A stretch of DNA of 64,000 nt, taken from contig CAVZKB010000012.1 of the NCBI GenBank assembly GCA_963775755.1, positions 31,868-95,867 of the forward strand, written 5' to 3'. Shown here one piece after another: positions 38,471-48,229 of this stretch. This stretch comes from an uncultured Actinomycetes bacterium (GTDB lineage Bacteria > Actinomycetota > UBA4738 > HRBIN12). The notes under the pieces are model-generated. The model did not search any database. It worked only from the letters and a program-made list of their open reading frames with translations, and was not told the DNA's origin. The translations under genes and the position numbers were made by a program. How positions within the stretch are numbered: position 1 is the first letter of the stretch; every line of letters begins with the position of its first letter.

Positions 38471-39666
38471 CAGGCCCCGTCCGGACGGCTCGGGTTGAAT
38501 GCGGCATCGAGGATCCAGCTGCCCAGCTGCGGGCTCACCTGACAGGTGAGACTGTCCTCGTCGCACAGTGCGTAGACATAGTCCCTGCCTTCGGCCTTGC
38601 CCTCATGACCCGGAACAGGAAGCCAAGTGACGACCGTGGTTTCATCGCCGAAGAACCTTGGTTCGTGGGCAGGGAAGGGGTACTCATCCTTTGGGAACCG
38701 GAGGATACCTTTGACAGCAATCTCCCCGCCCTCGACCGAGAAGAACGCGAGGCCAGTAGCCCCCTCGGCCACGACAGAGTCGCCCATCCAGTCTCCAGCG
38801 TAGGCTAACCTTTCTGCGGTGAGCGCAGGGTTTTCGTCGGTCGTGGAGGTGAGATCCAGGGACGCTATCGTCCTGCCGGACGAAACCTCAAGGATGGCTG
38901 CAGTCGGAGGGTAGCTGGCCGTAGCAACGAAGGCCTTCGTTCCATCCGGACTGAGAGCGATGAGGTCGGCGCCGCCTTCGAGAACCCGTGCCGACCCGGG
39001 ACCGTCGATCGCAAGCAGATCGTGAGTTTCGCCCTCTAGTTCGTGGTACGCCAACAGTGTGTCCCCGGCCCAGGCCAGTGACACGTAGCGCCCGGATTCG
39101 GTCCAAGCCTCTGTCTTCCCGGTGTCCGATTCCACTACAAGACGTCCGACGAAGGGTGTGTTCGCTCGGTAGGTTGATTCGTCACCTTGGAACCATGCGA
39201 GCGCCCCGTCGGATCGCAATGCGATGGAGAATGCGCCTTCGGCAACCAACGCATCTACTCCCGTCGCCAGGTTCAAGTGACGCAGCGAGGGAACGCCCAG
39301 TTCAGCGCCTGTTTGGATGCCCTGATCTGAGAACGACTCCGACCAATCGATGTCCTTCAACCAATCCCAGGAGTTATAGAAGATGTCTTGGCCATCATTC
39401 GAAGTCACCGCAACCGGCGATAGCCAACCCATGAGCGGGGCGGCGATTTCATAGTTCACGCTGGTCTTGCCTAGTGATGTCAGGAGAGAGCTATCAGTGA
39501 CGAAGGGGACGGGAGGTGGAAAATCCGATGTGGAAGTAGACGCGGTTCGGTCGCCCGGCCTCTTCGTCCGCTCCACCTCAGCGGCGTCTGTCGAGTTGGC
39601 GCAGGAGGCTCCGAGCGTTGCGATTAGAACCCAAGGCACCCAACGTGCCTTCCACTGTTGCACCAT
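38470..39666 (-). CDS. Hypothetical lipoprotein (beta-propeller-like), low-GC islet
   Basis: Lipobox LGASC; RSDG/SPDG repeats; stop overlaps the next ATG (TGATG). Confidence 0.75.
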   Translation of the reverse strand: MVQQWKARWVPWVLIATLGASCANSTDAAEVERTKRPGDRTASTSTSDFPPPVPFVTDSSLLTSLGKTSVNYEIAAPLMGWLSPVAVTSNDGQDIFYNSWDWLKDIDWSESFSDQGIQTGAELGVPSLRHLNLATGVDALVAEGAFSIALRSDGALAWFQGDESTYRANTPFVGRLVVESDTGKTEAWTESGRYVSLAWAGDTLLAYHELEGETHDLLAIDGPGSARVLEGGADLIALSPDGTKAFVATASYPPTAAILEVSSGRTIASLDLTSTTDENPALTAERLAYAGDWMGDSVVAEGATGLAFFSVEGGEIAVKGILRFPKDEYPFPAHEPRFFGDETTVVTWLPVPGHEGKAEGRDYVYALCDEDSLTCQVSPQLGSWILDAAFNPSRPDGA

Positions 39667-39672
39667 GGGGCA

Positions 39673-39702
39673 ACACTAGAGGGGGGGCGGCGCCTGGGTC
39701 AA
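39673..39702 (-). promoter_or_regulatory. Promoter TTGACC-N18-TAGTGT (leaderless), with a C7 tract in the spacer
   Basis: Near-consensus hexamers; ATG 6 nt after the -10. Confidence 0.65.
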
Positions 39703-39778
39703 GCCAAGGTTGCCTAGACCGGTTGCTCAGCAGTTAAGCCAACTCTCAAATGATTCAAACAGTTCTGTGCCATTGGGC

Positions 39779-40900
39779 CTACGCGCGGACGTCGAAGAAC
39801 GAGGTCCAGTCCGCGGTGGCGGACCCGCCGACGCCCTGGATGAACTCCTCGACCATCTCGCGTGCGGCGTCGTCGCTGAACTGCACCGGCGGGGACTTCA
39901 TGAAGTAGGCCGAGGGGCCGATCAGCGGACCGGCGATCTTCCGGTCGAGCGCGAGCTTCACGCAGCGCACCGCGTCGATCACGATGCCTGCCGAGTTCGG
40001 GCTGTCCCACACCTCGAGCTTCATCTCGATGATCAGCGGCACGTCGCCGAACGATTGACCCTCCAGGCGGATCTGCGCCCACTTGCGGTCCTCGAGCCAG
40101 GGCACGTAGTCCGACGGCCCGATGTGGATGTTGTTCTTGTCCAGCTCGCGACGGAGCTGCGACTGCACCGACTGCGTCTTGGAGATCTTCTTCGACGTCA
40201 GGCGCTCGCGCTCCAGCATGTTCATGAAGTCCATGTTGCCGCCGAAGTTCAGCTGGTAGGTCCGGTTCAGCTTCACGCCGCGGTCCTCGAAGAGCTTGGT
40301 GAGGACCCGGTGCGTGATCGTCGCGCCCACCTGGCTCTTGATGTCGTCGCCGATGATCGGCAAGCCGGCCTCGCCGAACTTGCGGGCCCACTCCACCTCC
40401 GATGCGATGAACACCGGCAGGCAATTCACGTAGCCGACACCCGCGTCGATCGCGGACTGCGCATAGTGGCGCGCCGCCAGCTCGGAGCCGACCGGCAGGT
40501 AGCAGACGAGGACGTTCGCCTTGGTGTCGCGAAGGACCTGCGCCACGTCGACGGGCTCCTGCTCGGACTCGACGATCGTCTCGCGGTAGTAGGTGCCCAG
40601 GCTGTCGAACGTGTGGCCGCGCTGGACCGCGACGCCGATAGGAGGCACGTCGGCAGCGAACCGGATCGTGTTGTTCGGCTCGGAGAAGATCGCTTCAGCC
40701 ACGTCGGTGCCGACCTTCTTCGCGTCCACGTCGAACGCGGCGACGACCTCGATGTCGCTGATGTGATAGCCGCCGAGCTCCACGTGCATCAGACCGGGCA
40801 CGCGGTCGTCCGGGTTCGCGTCCTTGTAGTACTCGAGTCCCTGCACGAGGGACGAGGCGCAGTTCCCCACTCCCACGATCGCCAAACGGACCTTGCTCAT
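39779..40900 (-). CDS. ino1: Inositol-3-phosphate synthase
   Basis: [48 protein letters not shown]. Confidence 0.97.
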   Translation of the reverse strand: MSKVRLAIVGVGNCASSLVQGLEYYKDANPDDRVPGLMHVELGGYHISDIEVVAAFDVDAKKVGTDVAEAIFSEPNNTIRFAADVPPIGVAVQRGHTFDSLGTYYRETIVESEQEPVDVAQVLRDTKANVLVCYLPVGSELAARHYAQSAIDAGVGYVNCLPVFIASEVEWARKFGEAGLPIIGDDIKSQVGATITHRVLTKLFEDRGVKLNRTYQLNFGGNMDFMNMLERERLTSKKISKTQSVQSQLRRELDKNNIHIGPSDYVPWLEDRKWAQIRLEGQSFGDVPLIIEMKLEVWDSPNSAGIVIDAVRCVKLALDRKIAGPLIGPSAYFMKSPPVQFSDDAAREMVEEFIQGVGGSATADWTSFFDVRA

Positions 40901-41490
40901 GACGCGCGCTCCTTTCTGCGAAGCGTCGCTGCACGACGCTTCGTTCCCCCCTCAGCGGTGGTTGCATCGCCGCGGTGACGCTCGGCCTGGATCAGACCTT
41001 CGAGCCACGCGATGTCGGATTCGGTGGCGTTGCGCCCGTGCTCCATGAGCGCGAGCGTGTAGTCGTCGACCCGCTCCCTGGTGACGCGGAGCGAGTCCTT
41101 GATGGTGGAAAGACGGTCCTCCAGGAGGGCGCGGCGCCGTTCGAGCAGGCGGATCCGCGTCTCAGGAGGCAGGTACTTGAAGAACGCGAGACGCACGCGG
41201 AAGCGCGTGTCCTCGGTGGAGTTGTCGTGCGGCGTTTCCTGGAGCATCTCGAAGAAGAGCTTCTCCCCCTTCTCCGTGACCTGGTAGACGTTCTTGCGGC
41301 GACCCCCTCGTTCCTCGTCGCTCGGGACGCTCTCGACGGCGCCCTCCTTCTCGAGGCGACGGAGCGACGGGTAGAGCGAGCCGTAAGAGACCCGCCAGAA
41401 GCCGCCCAGCGACTCGCCGAGCTCCCGCGAGAGCTGGTAGCCGTGCATAGGCTGCTCCTTCAGCAAGCCGAGGATCGCAAGTTCCAACAT
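40897..41490 (-). CDS. PadR family regulator (Rv0047c-like)
   Basis: [10 protein letters not shown]…MHGYQL…SYGSLYP; coupled to ino1. Confidence 0.93.
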   Translation of the reverse strand: MLELAILGLLKEQPMHGYQLSRELGESLGGFWRVSYGSLYPSLRRLEKEGAVESVPSDEERGGRRKNVYQVTEKGEKLFFEMLQETPHDNSTEDTRFRVRLAFFKYLPPETRIRLLERRRALLEDRLSTIKDSLRVTRERVDDYTLALMEHGRNATESDIAWLEGLIQAERHRGDATTAEGGTKRRAATLRRKERAS

Positions 41491-41536
41491 GCCGGAGTGT
41501 CGTACCCTTCGCTCGAGACCCTGGTGGGGGTCTTCT

Positions 41537-41570
41537 GATGTATCGACCAAGTATATCGTTTCGATATATC
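41537..41570. promoter_or_regulatory. AT-rich operator-like repeat with palindrome TATATCG-TTT-CGATATA upstream of padR-ino1
   Basis: Inverted repeat 41552-41568 plus an extra ATGTATCG half-site. Confidence 0.6.
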
Positions 41571-41630
41571 TAACCGCGATGTACCCGCCCCGTCAAACCG
41601 AAGACCCGTCAACCCGGAGAGGTGACTCGT

Positions 41631-41891
41631 ATGGCACCGAAGGACGAAGCCGGAGACAAGGATGTCTTGGATCACATCAACGAGCTCGCCCGCGAAGAGC
41701 ACGAACTGTTCGAGAAGGAGTCGCGTGGTCAGGCAACCCCTGCCGACAAGGACCGGCTGAATGACATCGGCGTGAAGCTGGACCAGTGCTGGGACCTGCT
41801 GCACCAGCGTCGGGCTCTCCGCTCGGCCGGCCAGGATCCCGCAGCGGCGGATGAGCGCGACGAGCGGACCGTGGAAGGCTACGTCAACTAA
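41631..41891 (+). CDS. DUF2630 family protein
   Basis: EEHEL…LDQCWDLLHQRRALR…VEGY. Confidence 0.88.
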   Translation: MAPKDEAGDKDVLDHINELAREEHELFEKESRGQATPADKDRLNDIGVKLDQCWDLLHQRRALRSAGQDPAAADERDERTVEGYVN

Positions 41892-43117
41892 GACCGGTAC
41901 GGCTCGATCGTCACGGCGTGATCGGGAGCGGGCCGCCGCCCGGCCGCCAGGGCCAGCGCCGCCGAGCCGATCCCGGCCAGGCCGCATCCGATCCACAGCG
42001 CGGTCGGGCTGACGTGATAGACGGACGTGCCGATCAACGGTCCGACGACGGCGGCACACGCAAACATCATCCCGAGCGCCGCTTGATATCGGCCACGCGC
42101 GTGCTCCGGCGCCCGGTCGGCGACGAACGCGCCGGTCGCCGGCGACTCCACGATCTCGCCGAGCGTCCAGATCACGATCATGATCAACAGGCCGGGGAGC
42201 GCTTTGACGAACGCCAGCTCGGCGAAGGCCACCCCGACGAGCAGCGCGCCCAGCGCGATCATCCGCGTCCGCGGCCGGTGCTGCGTCCACGAGCTGATCG
42301 GGAGCTCGAGCAGGACCACCAGGACCCCGTTCATCGCCTGCAGCAACCCGTACACCTTGGTCGAGTAGCCGAGCGCGACCACGTGCAACGCGAACGTGCT
42401 CGCGTTCTGCATGTACACCGCGGCCGTGACGAAGACCGCTCCGAGGATCAGGAGGAACCCCTTGTCGGCGGCCATCGTGCGGCCGGCCCCCGCCAGGTGG
42501 CGCTCCTCATGCTTGGTCGTGCGCGTCCCGTGCGGGAGCGCCATCAGCGCGATCACACCGAACAGCGCGGACGTGATCGCATCCCCGACGAACAGCAGGT
42601 GATACGAGTGCGCCGCCAGGATGCCGCCCAGGCTGAGCCCGCACGCGAACCCCAGGTTGAGCGCCAGCCGGTACGCGCTGAACGCGGCCACGCGCGCCTT
42701 CGGCTCGATGAGGTCCGCGATCAGCGCGCTCGACGCCGGCCGATAGAGCTCCGCGACTAACCCGAGCAGCGCGACCACGCCGACGATGTCCCAAAGCCCG
42801 TCCACCCAGACCAGCGACAGCGTGAGAACGGCACCGCCGAACATGCTGAGCGCGATCGCGTTCCGACGGCCCACGCGGTCGGCGAGCAGCCCGCCGACGG
42901 CCTGCGCGCCCATGGCCCCCAGCCCGTAGGCGGCGAGTCCGAGTCCTGCTTGGGGCACGGAGTAGCCGCGGCTGGTCAGGTACAGCGTGATGAACGGCAG
43001 GACGAAGGTCCCCAATCGGTTGACGAACGCGCCCGCGAACAGGACCCACGCGGCTCTCGGCATCCCGCGCAGGTTTTGCCGGAGCGTGGGACGCGCGGGG
43101 TCGGTCGCGTCCGTCAA
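41888..43117 (-). CDS. MFS transporter
   Basis: FVNRLGTFVLPF, GGLLADRVGRR, ELYRPASSALIAD, RGRYQAA. Confidence 0.9.
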   Translation of the reverse strand: MTDATDPARPTLRQNLRGMPRAAWVLFAGAFVNRLGTFVLPFITLYLTSRGYSVPQAGLGLAAYGLGAMGAQAVGGLLADRVGRRNAIALSMFGGAVLTLSLVWVDGLWDIVGVVALLGLVAELYRPASSALIADLIEPKARVAAFSAYRLALNLGFACGLSLGGILAAHSYHLLFVGDAITSALFGVIALMALPHGTRTTKHEERHLAGAGRTMAADKGFLLILGAVFVTAAVYMQNASTFALHVVALGYSTKVYGLLQAMNGVLVVLLELPISSWTQHRPRTRMIALGALLVGVAFAELAFVKALPGLLIMIVIWTLGEIVESPATGAFVADRAPEHARGRYQAALGMMFACAAVVGPLIGTSVYHVSPTALWIGCGLAGIGSAALALAAGRRPAPDHAVTIEPYRS

Positions 43118-43122
43118 CCTGG

Positions 43123-43782
43123 TCAGCGTCCGGGTCGGCGGTAGTCGGTGACGTAGGCTGGCGCGGCGACGCCGGGCTTCAGGTCGGGCGCCGGTGTGGG
43201 AGTGCCGGTCACGATCTGCACCGGCACCACGCCCGCCCAGACGTCGAGCGCCAGGTCTTCGTCGGGATCGAGCGGCGGCCCAGTGCGCACCTTCGCGGAC
43301 GCTTCAACGAGCGCGAGTGCGAAGATCGCCGTCTCTCGGTATTCCATGTCGTTCGGGGGTCGCGCCTCGGCCGTGCGGCCCGGCACGACATGCTCGGTGA
43401 GCGCGCGTTGCGCCACGTCGATCTCGTCGCGGGCGGTCACCTCGCGCGGCGCGGCGTAGACGACCACCGAGCGGTAGTTCATGGAGTGCTTCGGGGTGGA
43501 ACGCGCGAGCACCAGGCCGTCGACGATCGTCGTCTCGATGCAGACCTGGGCTCCGGCGCGCATGGCGCGGAGCGTGCGGCTGGCCTGCGAACCGTGGACG
43601 TAGAGCGTGTCGCCGACCCGGACGTGGATCGTCGGGATCACGCGCGGCTCGCCGTCCGGCGTGACCCACGCCAAGTGGCAGAGCAGCGCTTCGTCGAGGA
43701 TGGCGTCGATCGTCGCGCGGTCGTAGTCGCCGCGTTCGGGGTGGCGGTGCACACGGGTTCGTCCCGAAGGGGCGGCGGACAT
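43123..43782 (-). CDS. Pyridoxamine 5'-phosphate oxidase-like (NimA-type) flavin-binding protein
   Basis: RGDYDR..I.AILDE, YVHGS, DGLVLARS…HSMNYRSVV, SAKVRTGPP, WAGVVP. Confidence 0.9.
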   Translation of the reverse strand: MSAAPSGRTRVHRHPERGDYDRATIDAILDEALLCHLAWVTPDGEPRVIPTIHVRVGDTLYVHGSQASRTLRAMRAGAQVCIETTIVDGLVLARSTPKHSMNYRSVVVYAAPREVTARDEIDVAQRALTEHVVPGRTAEARPPNDMEYRETAIFALALVEASAKVRTGPPLDPDEDLALDVWAGVVPVQIVTGTPTPAPDLKPGVAAPAYVTDYRRPGR

Positions 43783-43849
43783 GGCCGGGATGCTAACGGT
43801 GCCGGAGACGCCCGACACGGGCTCGCGCAGGGTCGGATAGACTCCGCGC

Positions 43850-44010
43850 AATCGCATAGCTTCACGCGCCAGCAACGGGAAGCCGGTGAGAATCCGGCAC
43901 GGTCGCGCCACTGTGACCGGGGAGCGGACCTGACGGAACCCACTGGGCCGAGGAGGCCTGGGAAGGGGTCGGGCGAGCGAGGATCCGGGAGTCAGGAGAC
44001 CTGCGCAGGC
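43850..44010 (+). ncRNA. Cobalamin (AdoCbl) riboswitch
   Basis: AACGGGAAGCCGGTGAGAATCCGGCACGGTCGCGCCACTGTGA…CCACTGGG…GGGAAG…GAGTCAGGAGACCTGC core; downstream GAGCGT…ACGCTC hairpin (44016-44048) covers the SD of btuF. Confidence 0.95.
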
Positions 44011-44050
44011 TCGGGGAGCGTTCGTCCTTCGCACGAAAGGAGACGCTCGG

Positions 44051-45004
44051 ATGCGCGATCGCTTCGTCGGGGCCATGGTCGGCCTCGTGCTGGTTCTTTC
44101 ATCGTGCGCCGGATCCGCGGACACGCCTGCCGCTGCGCCGGGGTCGTCGTCGATCGCGACCCCGCCGGCGGTCTCGTTCCCCCAGATCATCACCGACGAC
44201 GACGGGCATCAGGTCACGATCGGCGCCATGCCACAACGCATCGTCACGTTCGCGCCCTCGATGACCGAGATCGTGTTCGCGCTCGGCGTGGGAGATCGCG
44301 TGGTCGGGGTGTCGGGCAAGTTCGACGACTACCCGGCCGCCGCCAAGGGGATCCAAGAGGTCGGCGGTGCCGGGGACTTCGGTGTGGATCCGAACATCGA
44401 AGAGGTCGTGTCGCTCCAACCGGACCTGTTCTTGACCATCGCCGGTGGCGACCAGTGGAAGCAACGGCTGCGAGATCTCGGGATCGCCGTCGTGACCCTC
44501 AACGCCACCGATTTCCCCGACCTCCTGTCCGACATCCGGACCGTCGGTGACATCACGGGGGCTTCCGACGCGGCCGCGTCGCTCACCTCCGACATGCGGT
44601 CGCGCGCCGATGATGTCGCCGCGGCGGTGGATGCGGCGGGTGGGCCCGTCACCTGTTTCTTCGAGGTCTATTACCCGCCGCTCACGACCATCGGGCCGGA
44701 CACGTTCATCTTCGATCTGCTCAGGCGTGCCGGATGCGACCCCGTGACCGCCTCGGCGAAGTCCGACTATCCGACCTGGTCGGTCGAGAAGTTGGTCGCG
44801 CAGAGTCCCGAGGTGTACCTGACCACTCCGGAATCGGCGAAGAGCGTGGCCGCCGTCGCCGGCCGGACCGGGTTCGACGGGATCACCGCGGTCACGTCGG
44901 GGCGCGTGGTCCTGGTGGACTCGGATCTGGTGACCCGTCCGGGTCCCCGCGTGATCGACGGCTTGGAGGAGCTCGCGGTCGCCCTGCACCCCGGGGCGGG
45001 ATGA
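44051..45004 (+). CDS. btuF: Cobalamin ABC transporter substrate-binding lipoprotein
   Basis: Lipobox LSSC, PQRIVTFAPSMTE, RPGPR; downstream of the B12 riboswitch. Confidence 0.9.
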   Translation: MRDRFVGAMVGLVLVLSSCAGSADTPAAAPGSSSIATPPAVSFPQIITDDDGHQVTIGAMPQRIVTFAPSMTEIVFALGVGDRVVGVSGKFDDYPAAAKGIQEVGGAGDFGVDPNIEEVVSLQPDLFLTIAGGDQWKQRLRDLGIAVVTLNATDFPDLLSDIRTVGDITGASDAAASLTSDMRSRADDVAAAVDAAGGPVTCFFEVYYPPLTTIGPDTFIFDLLRRAGCDPVTASAKSDYPTWSVEKLVAQSPEVYLTTPESAKSVAAVAGRTGFDGITAVTSGRVVLVDSDLVTRPGPRVIDGLEELAVALHPGAG

Positions 45005-46050
45005 CGGCTCCCGGCGCCGGCCGATTCCGCTGGACCATGGCCGTCTTGGTCCTGGCTCTCGTCGTCGTCGTGCTCGTCGCCGTCGCGGTGGGCGCCGTCT
45101 GGATCTCCCCGTGGACCACGCTGCACGTCTTCGCCTGGAAGCTCCACCTCACCGGGCGACCGGCAGGACTCTCGAGGGCTACGGAGGTCATCGTCCTGCA
45201 GCTGCGGCTCCCTCGCGTGGTCCTTGCGATCCTGGTCGGCGCGGGACTCGGCCTTTCGGGGATGGTGTTCCAGGGGCTCTTCCGAAACCCGCTGGCCGAT
45301 CCCGCGGTCATCGGGGTGTCGTCGGGTGCTGCGCTCGGCGCGATCGCCGTGATCGTGGCAGGTGGAGGAGCGGCGGCCGGTGGTCTGTTCGTGTCGGCAG
45401 CCGCATTCGTTGGCGCCACTGCGACGGCGTTCCTCGTCTACCGGCTGGCGAAGGTGGGTCCGGCCGTCCAGGTCGCCACGCTTCTCCTCGCGGGGATCGC
45501 GATCGCCGCGATGATCTCGAGCGTCATGTCCTTGGTGATGTCGTTCTCGGGAGAGCAGATCAGGAGTATCTACTTCTGGTTGCTCGGCGGCCTCAGCGCG
45601 CGTGGCTGGAGCTCGGTCGGCGTGGTCGTCCCGTTCCTCGCCGTCGGCATCGCGGCCACGCTGCTGCTGATGCGCGACTTGAACCTGGTCGCCTTGGGGG
45701 AGGAGCGAGCCGCGCAGCTCGGGGTAGAGGTCGCGAGCTTCAAACGGCGCGCGATCGCCGTGGGAGCCCTGCTCGCCGCGTCCGCCGTCTCGGTCGCGGG
45801 CGTGATCGGGTTCGTCGGCCTGATGACGCCGCATCTCCTTCGGCTGATCGTGGGCGCCGACCACCGGCGACTCCTGCCGACAGTGCTGCTCGGCGGACCG
45901 CTCTTCGTCGTGCTCGCCGATCTGGCCGCACGCACGGCGGTCGCCCCGGAGGAGCTCCCGCTGGGCGCGATGACGGCGTTGATCGGAGCGCCGTTCTTCC
46001 TGTGGTTGCTTCGCCGCGAACGAGGGAGGTCGGCCGGTGTCCTCGGGTGA
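45001..46050 (+). CDS. btuC: FecCD/BtuC permease
   Basis: LRLPR, FQGLFRNPLADP…GVSSGA, IGFVGL..PH. Confidence 0.9.
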   Translation: MTAPGAGRFRWTMAVLVLALVVVVLVAVAVGAVWISPWTTLHVFAWKLHLTGRPAGLSRATEVIVLQLRLPRVVLAILVGAGLGLSGMVFQGLFRNPLADPAVIGVSSGAALGAIAVIVAGGGAAAGGLFVSAAAFVGATATAFLVYRLAKVGPAVQVATLLLAGIAIAAMISSVMSLVMSFSGEQIRSIYFWLLGGLSARGWSSVGVVVPFLAVGIAATLLLMRDLNLVALGEERAAQLGVEVASFKRRAIAVGALLAASAVSVAGVIGFVGLMTPHLLRLIVGADHRRLLPTVLLGGPLFVVLADLAARTAVAPEELPLGAMTALIGAPFFLWLLRRERGRSAGVLG

Positions 46051-47296
46051 ACCGCTTTCGGTGACTGATCTGCACGCGGGGTACGGCGCGATCGAGGCGT
46101 TGCGTGGCGTCGACCTCTCGGTCGACGGCGGCGAGGTCGTGGGTCTCGTGGGCCCGAACGGCTGCGGGAAGACGACGCTCGTCCGGGTCGCGTCGCGAAC
46201 GCTCCCCCCGACATCCGGCGCGGTGTCCGTCGCGGGACGCGATCCGTACTCGCTGTCGGGCCGCGAGGCGGCTCGACTGGTTGCCGTCGTTCCGCAGGAC
46301 GTGATCCCCGCGTTCCCGTTCTCCGTGCTCGAGTTCGTTCTGATGGGACGGACGCCGTACATCTCCCGGTGGGGCGCCGGATCCGAGGATGACTGGGCGA
46401 AGGCTCGGGACGCGATGGGCGCGGTGGGCGTCCAGCACTTGGCCGACCGCTCCATGAACGATCTCTCCGGGGGAGAACGGCGACGGGCGGTGCTCGCCCA
46501 AGCGCTCGCGCAGGACGCGCCGGTTCTCTTACTCGACGAGCCCACCACGCATCTCGACATCAGGCACGTCGTCGAACTGCATCGTCTGATCCGCCGGCTC
46601 GCGGACGTCCGGGGCACCGCCGTGCTGGCGGTGCTGCACGACCTGACGCTGGCGGCGGCGGTCTGCGACCGGTTGGTCGTCCTTGCAGACGGACGGGTCG
46701 TCGCGTCGGGACGGCCGCAGGACGTGGTCACGCGCGACCTGTTGCGAACGGTTTACGGGGTCGCCGCGGACGTAGAGATCAGCCCCGCGTCCGGCAGGCC
46801 GACCGTCGTCGTCGGCTCGCCGGAGACGGCGGTGCCGGCACTCGACCTGCGCGTGTTGGTGGTGGGAGGTGCCGGCCGGGGAGCGCCGATCTTCCGGATG
46901 CTCGCCGAGCGCGGGGTCCAGGTCAGCGCCGGCGTGCTGCACGGGACGGACACGGACGACGACGTCGCGGCGCGTATGGATCTTGCGCGCGTGTCCGTGC
47001 CGCCGTTCTCGGCGATCGACGATGACGCCGCTTCGACGTGGCGTGAGCTCGCAGCCGCGGCCGACGTGATCGTCGTCTGCGATGCGCCCGTGGGACCCGG
47101 GAACCTGCGGAACCTGGAGCTCGCGCTCGAGGCCGCTCGCAGGGGACGCGCGATCGTATTGATCGACCAGGTGCCGATCGCCGAGCGGGACTTCACGCAC
47201 GGTCGAGCCGCGGAGCTCTGGGGGGAGCTCCATGCCGTCGCGCGAACGGCGCCCGACAACGACCACGCGGTCGCGTTGGCGCTCGCCGTTAGGTGA
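46037..47296 (+). CDS. btuD: Cobalamin ABC ATPase with a C-terminal extra domain
   Basis: GPNGCGKTT, LSGGE, LLDEPTTHLD, LHDL; about 150 extra C-terminal aa. Confidence 0.9.
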   Translation: MSSGEPLSVTDLHAGYGAIEALRGVDLSVDGGEVVGLVGPNGCGKTTLVRVASRTLPPTSGAVSVAGRDPYSLSGREAARLVAVVPQDVIPAFPFSVLEFVLMGRTPYISRWGAGSEDDWAKARDAMGAVGVQHLADRSMNDLSGGERRRAVLAQALAQDAPVLLLDEPTTHLDIRHVVELHRLIRRLADVRGTAVLAVLHDLTLAAAVCDRLVVLADGRVVASGRPQDVVTRDLLRTVYGVAADVEISPASGRPTVVVGSPETAVPALDLRVLVVGGAGRGAPIFRMLAERGVQVSAGVLHGTDTDDDVAARMDLARVSVPPFSAIDDDAASTWRELAAAADVIVVCDAPVGPGNLRNLELALEAARRGRAIVLIDQVPIAERDFTHGRAAELWGELHAVARTAPDNDHAVALALAVR

Positions 47297-47302
47297 ACCC
47301 GG

Positions 47303-48178
47303 TCAGCGACCCTCGAACGGCCCCGCGTCGTCGCCGCCGCCCTCGCGGCCGCGTTCCGAAAGGAATCGCTCGATCTCCGACGCGAGTTCGTCGCCCGACG
47401 TGAGGCGGTCCTCGCCGGCCAGGGCCTCCAGCCGCTGGAGATACGCGCCCGCGTCCTCGTCTGCCGCCACCGCGGCGTCCAAGCGATCGCGCTGCTCCTG
47501 GGCGTCCGCCATGAGTGAGCCGAGCGGGAGCTCCACGCCGAGGTGTCGCCCGAGATGCTCCAGGAGGGCCATCGAGGCGATGGCGAACGGACCGCCGACG
47601 TAGTGGGGCACCTGAGCGAAGAACCCCACGGCGGGGATACCGGTGCCGCTCACGGCGAGCTCCAACGTACTGAGCGCGGCGCCGGGCACGCGAAGGAGTC
47701 CCTGGGGGCCTTGCGATTCGTCCTCGCGAAGGAGGCCTTCTCTGGAGGCCGTCGCGAGGACGGGCACGGGCCGAGTGTGGGGGACGGCGGCGGGGATCGC
47801 GCCCAGGCTCACCCACTGGACCACACCGGCACGCAAGCACAGGTCGAGCACATCGGTTCCCAGCTGCCGCCAGTGATAGTCGGGCTCGGGCCCCGTGAGG
47901 ATCAGGAGGTGACGTCCGCCCGCTTCGACGCTGCGGACGGTCAGCTCCGGCCACTCGAGCCGGGCGAGCGTCCCGTCGACGACGTCGAGCACGGGTCGCC
48001 GGGCCCGGTAGTCGTAGAGGGCGTCGCCGTCGAACCTCGCGACGACCTCGCCGTTCTCGGCGAGCGTGGCCGCAGCCGACGTCGCCGCGGCCGATGCGTC
48101 GATCCAGCCGTCGAACGCGCCGACCATGACCGGCGCGACGAACGGTACATCCGCGGTCATCTCGTACAGGGAGGGCAT
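47303..48178 (-). CDS. PAC2 family protein
   Basis: FDGWIDA, YDYRARRP, GPEPD..W, VPHTRP, QVPHY. Confidence 0.9.
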   Translation of the reverse strand: MPSLYEMTADVPFVAPVMVGAFDGWIDASAAATSAAATLAENGEVVARFDGDALYDYRARRPVLDVVDGTLARLEWPELTVRSVEAGGRHLLILTGPEPDYHWRQLGTDVLDLCLRAGVVQWVSLGAIPAAVPHTRPVPVLATASREGLLREDESQGPQGLLRVPGAALSTLELAVSGTGIPAVGFFAQVPHYVGGPFAIASMALLEHLGRHLGVELPLGSLMADAQEQRDRLDAAVAADEDAGAYLQRLEALAGEDRLTSGDELASEIERFLSERGREGGGDDAGPFEGR

Positions 48179-48229
48179 CGTTCCAGCATAGGTCGGACGC
48201 TCGATCGCGGCCCGCCGTACGCTGCGCGC

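Noticed and set aside
37860-39780. Low-GC islet as a transposon or prophage remnant
   Set aside because: No transposase, integrase, terminal repeats or target duplication were recognisable.
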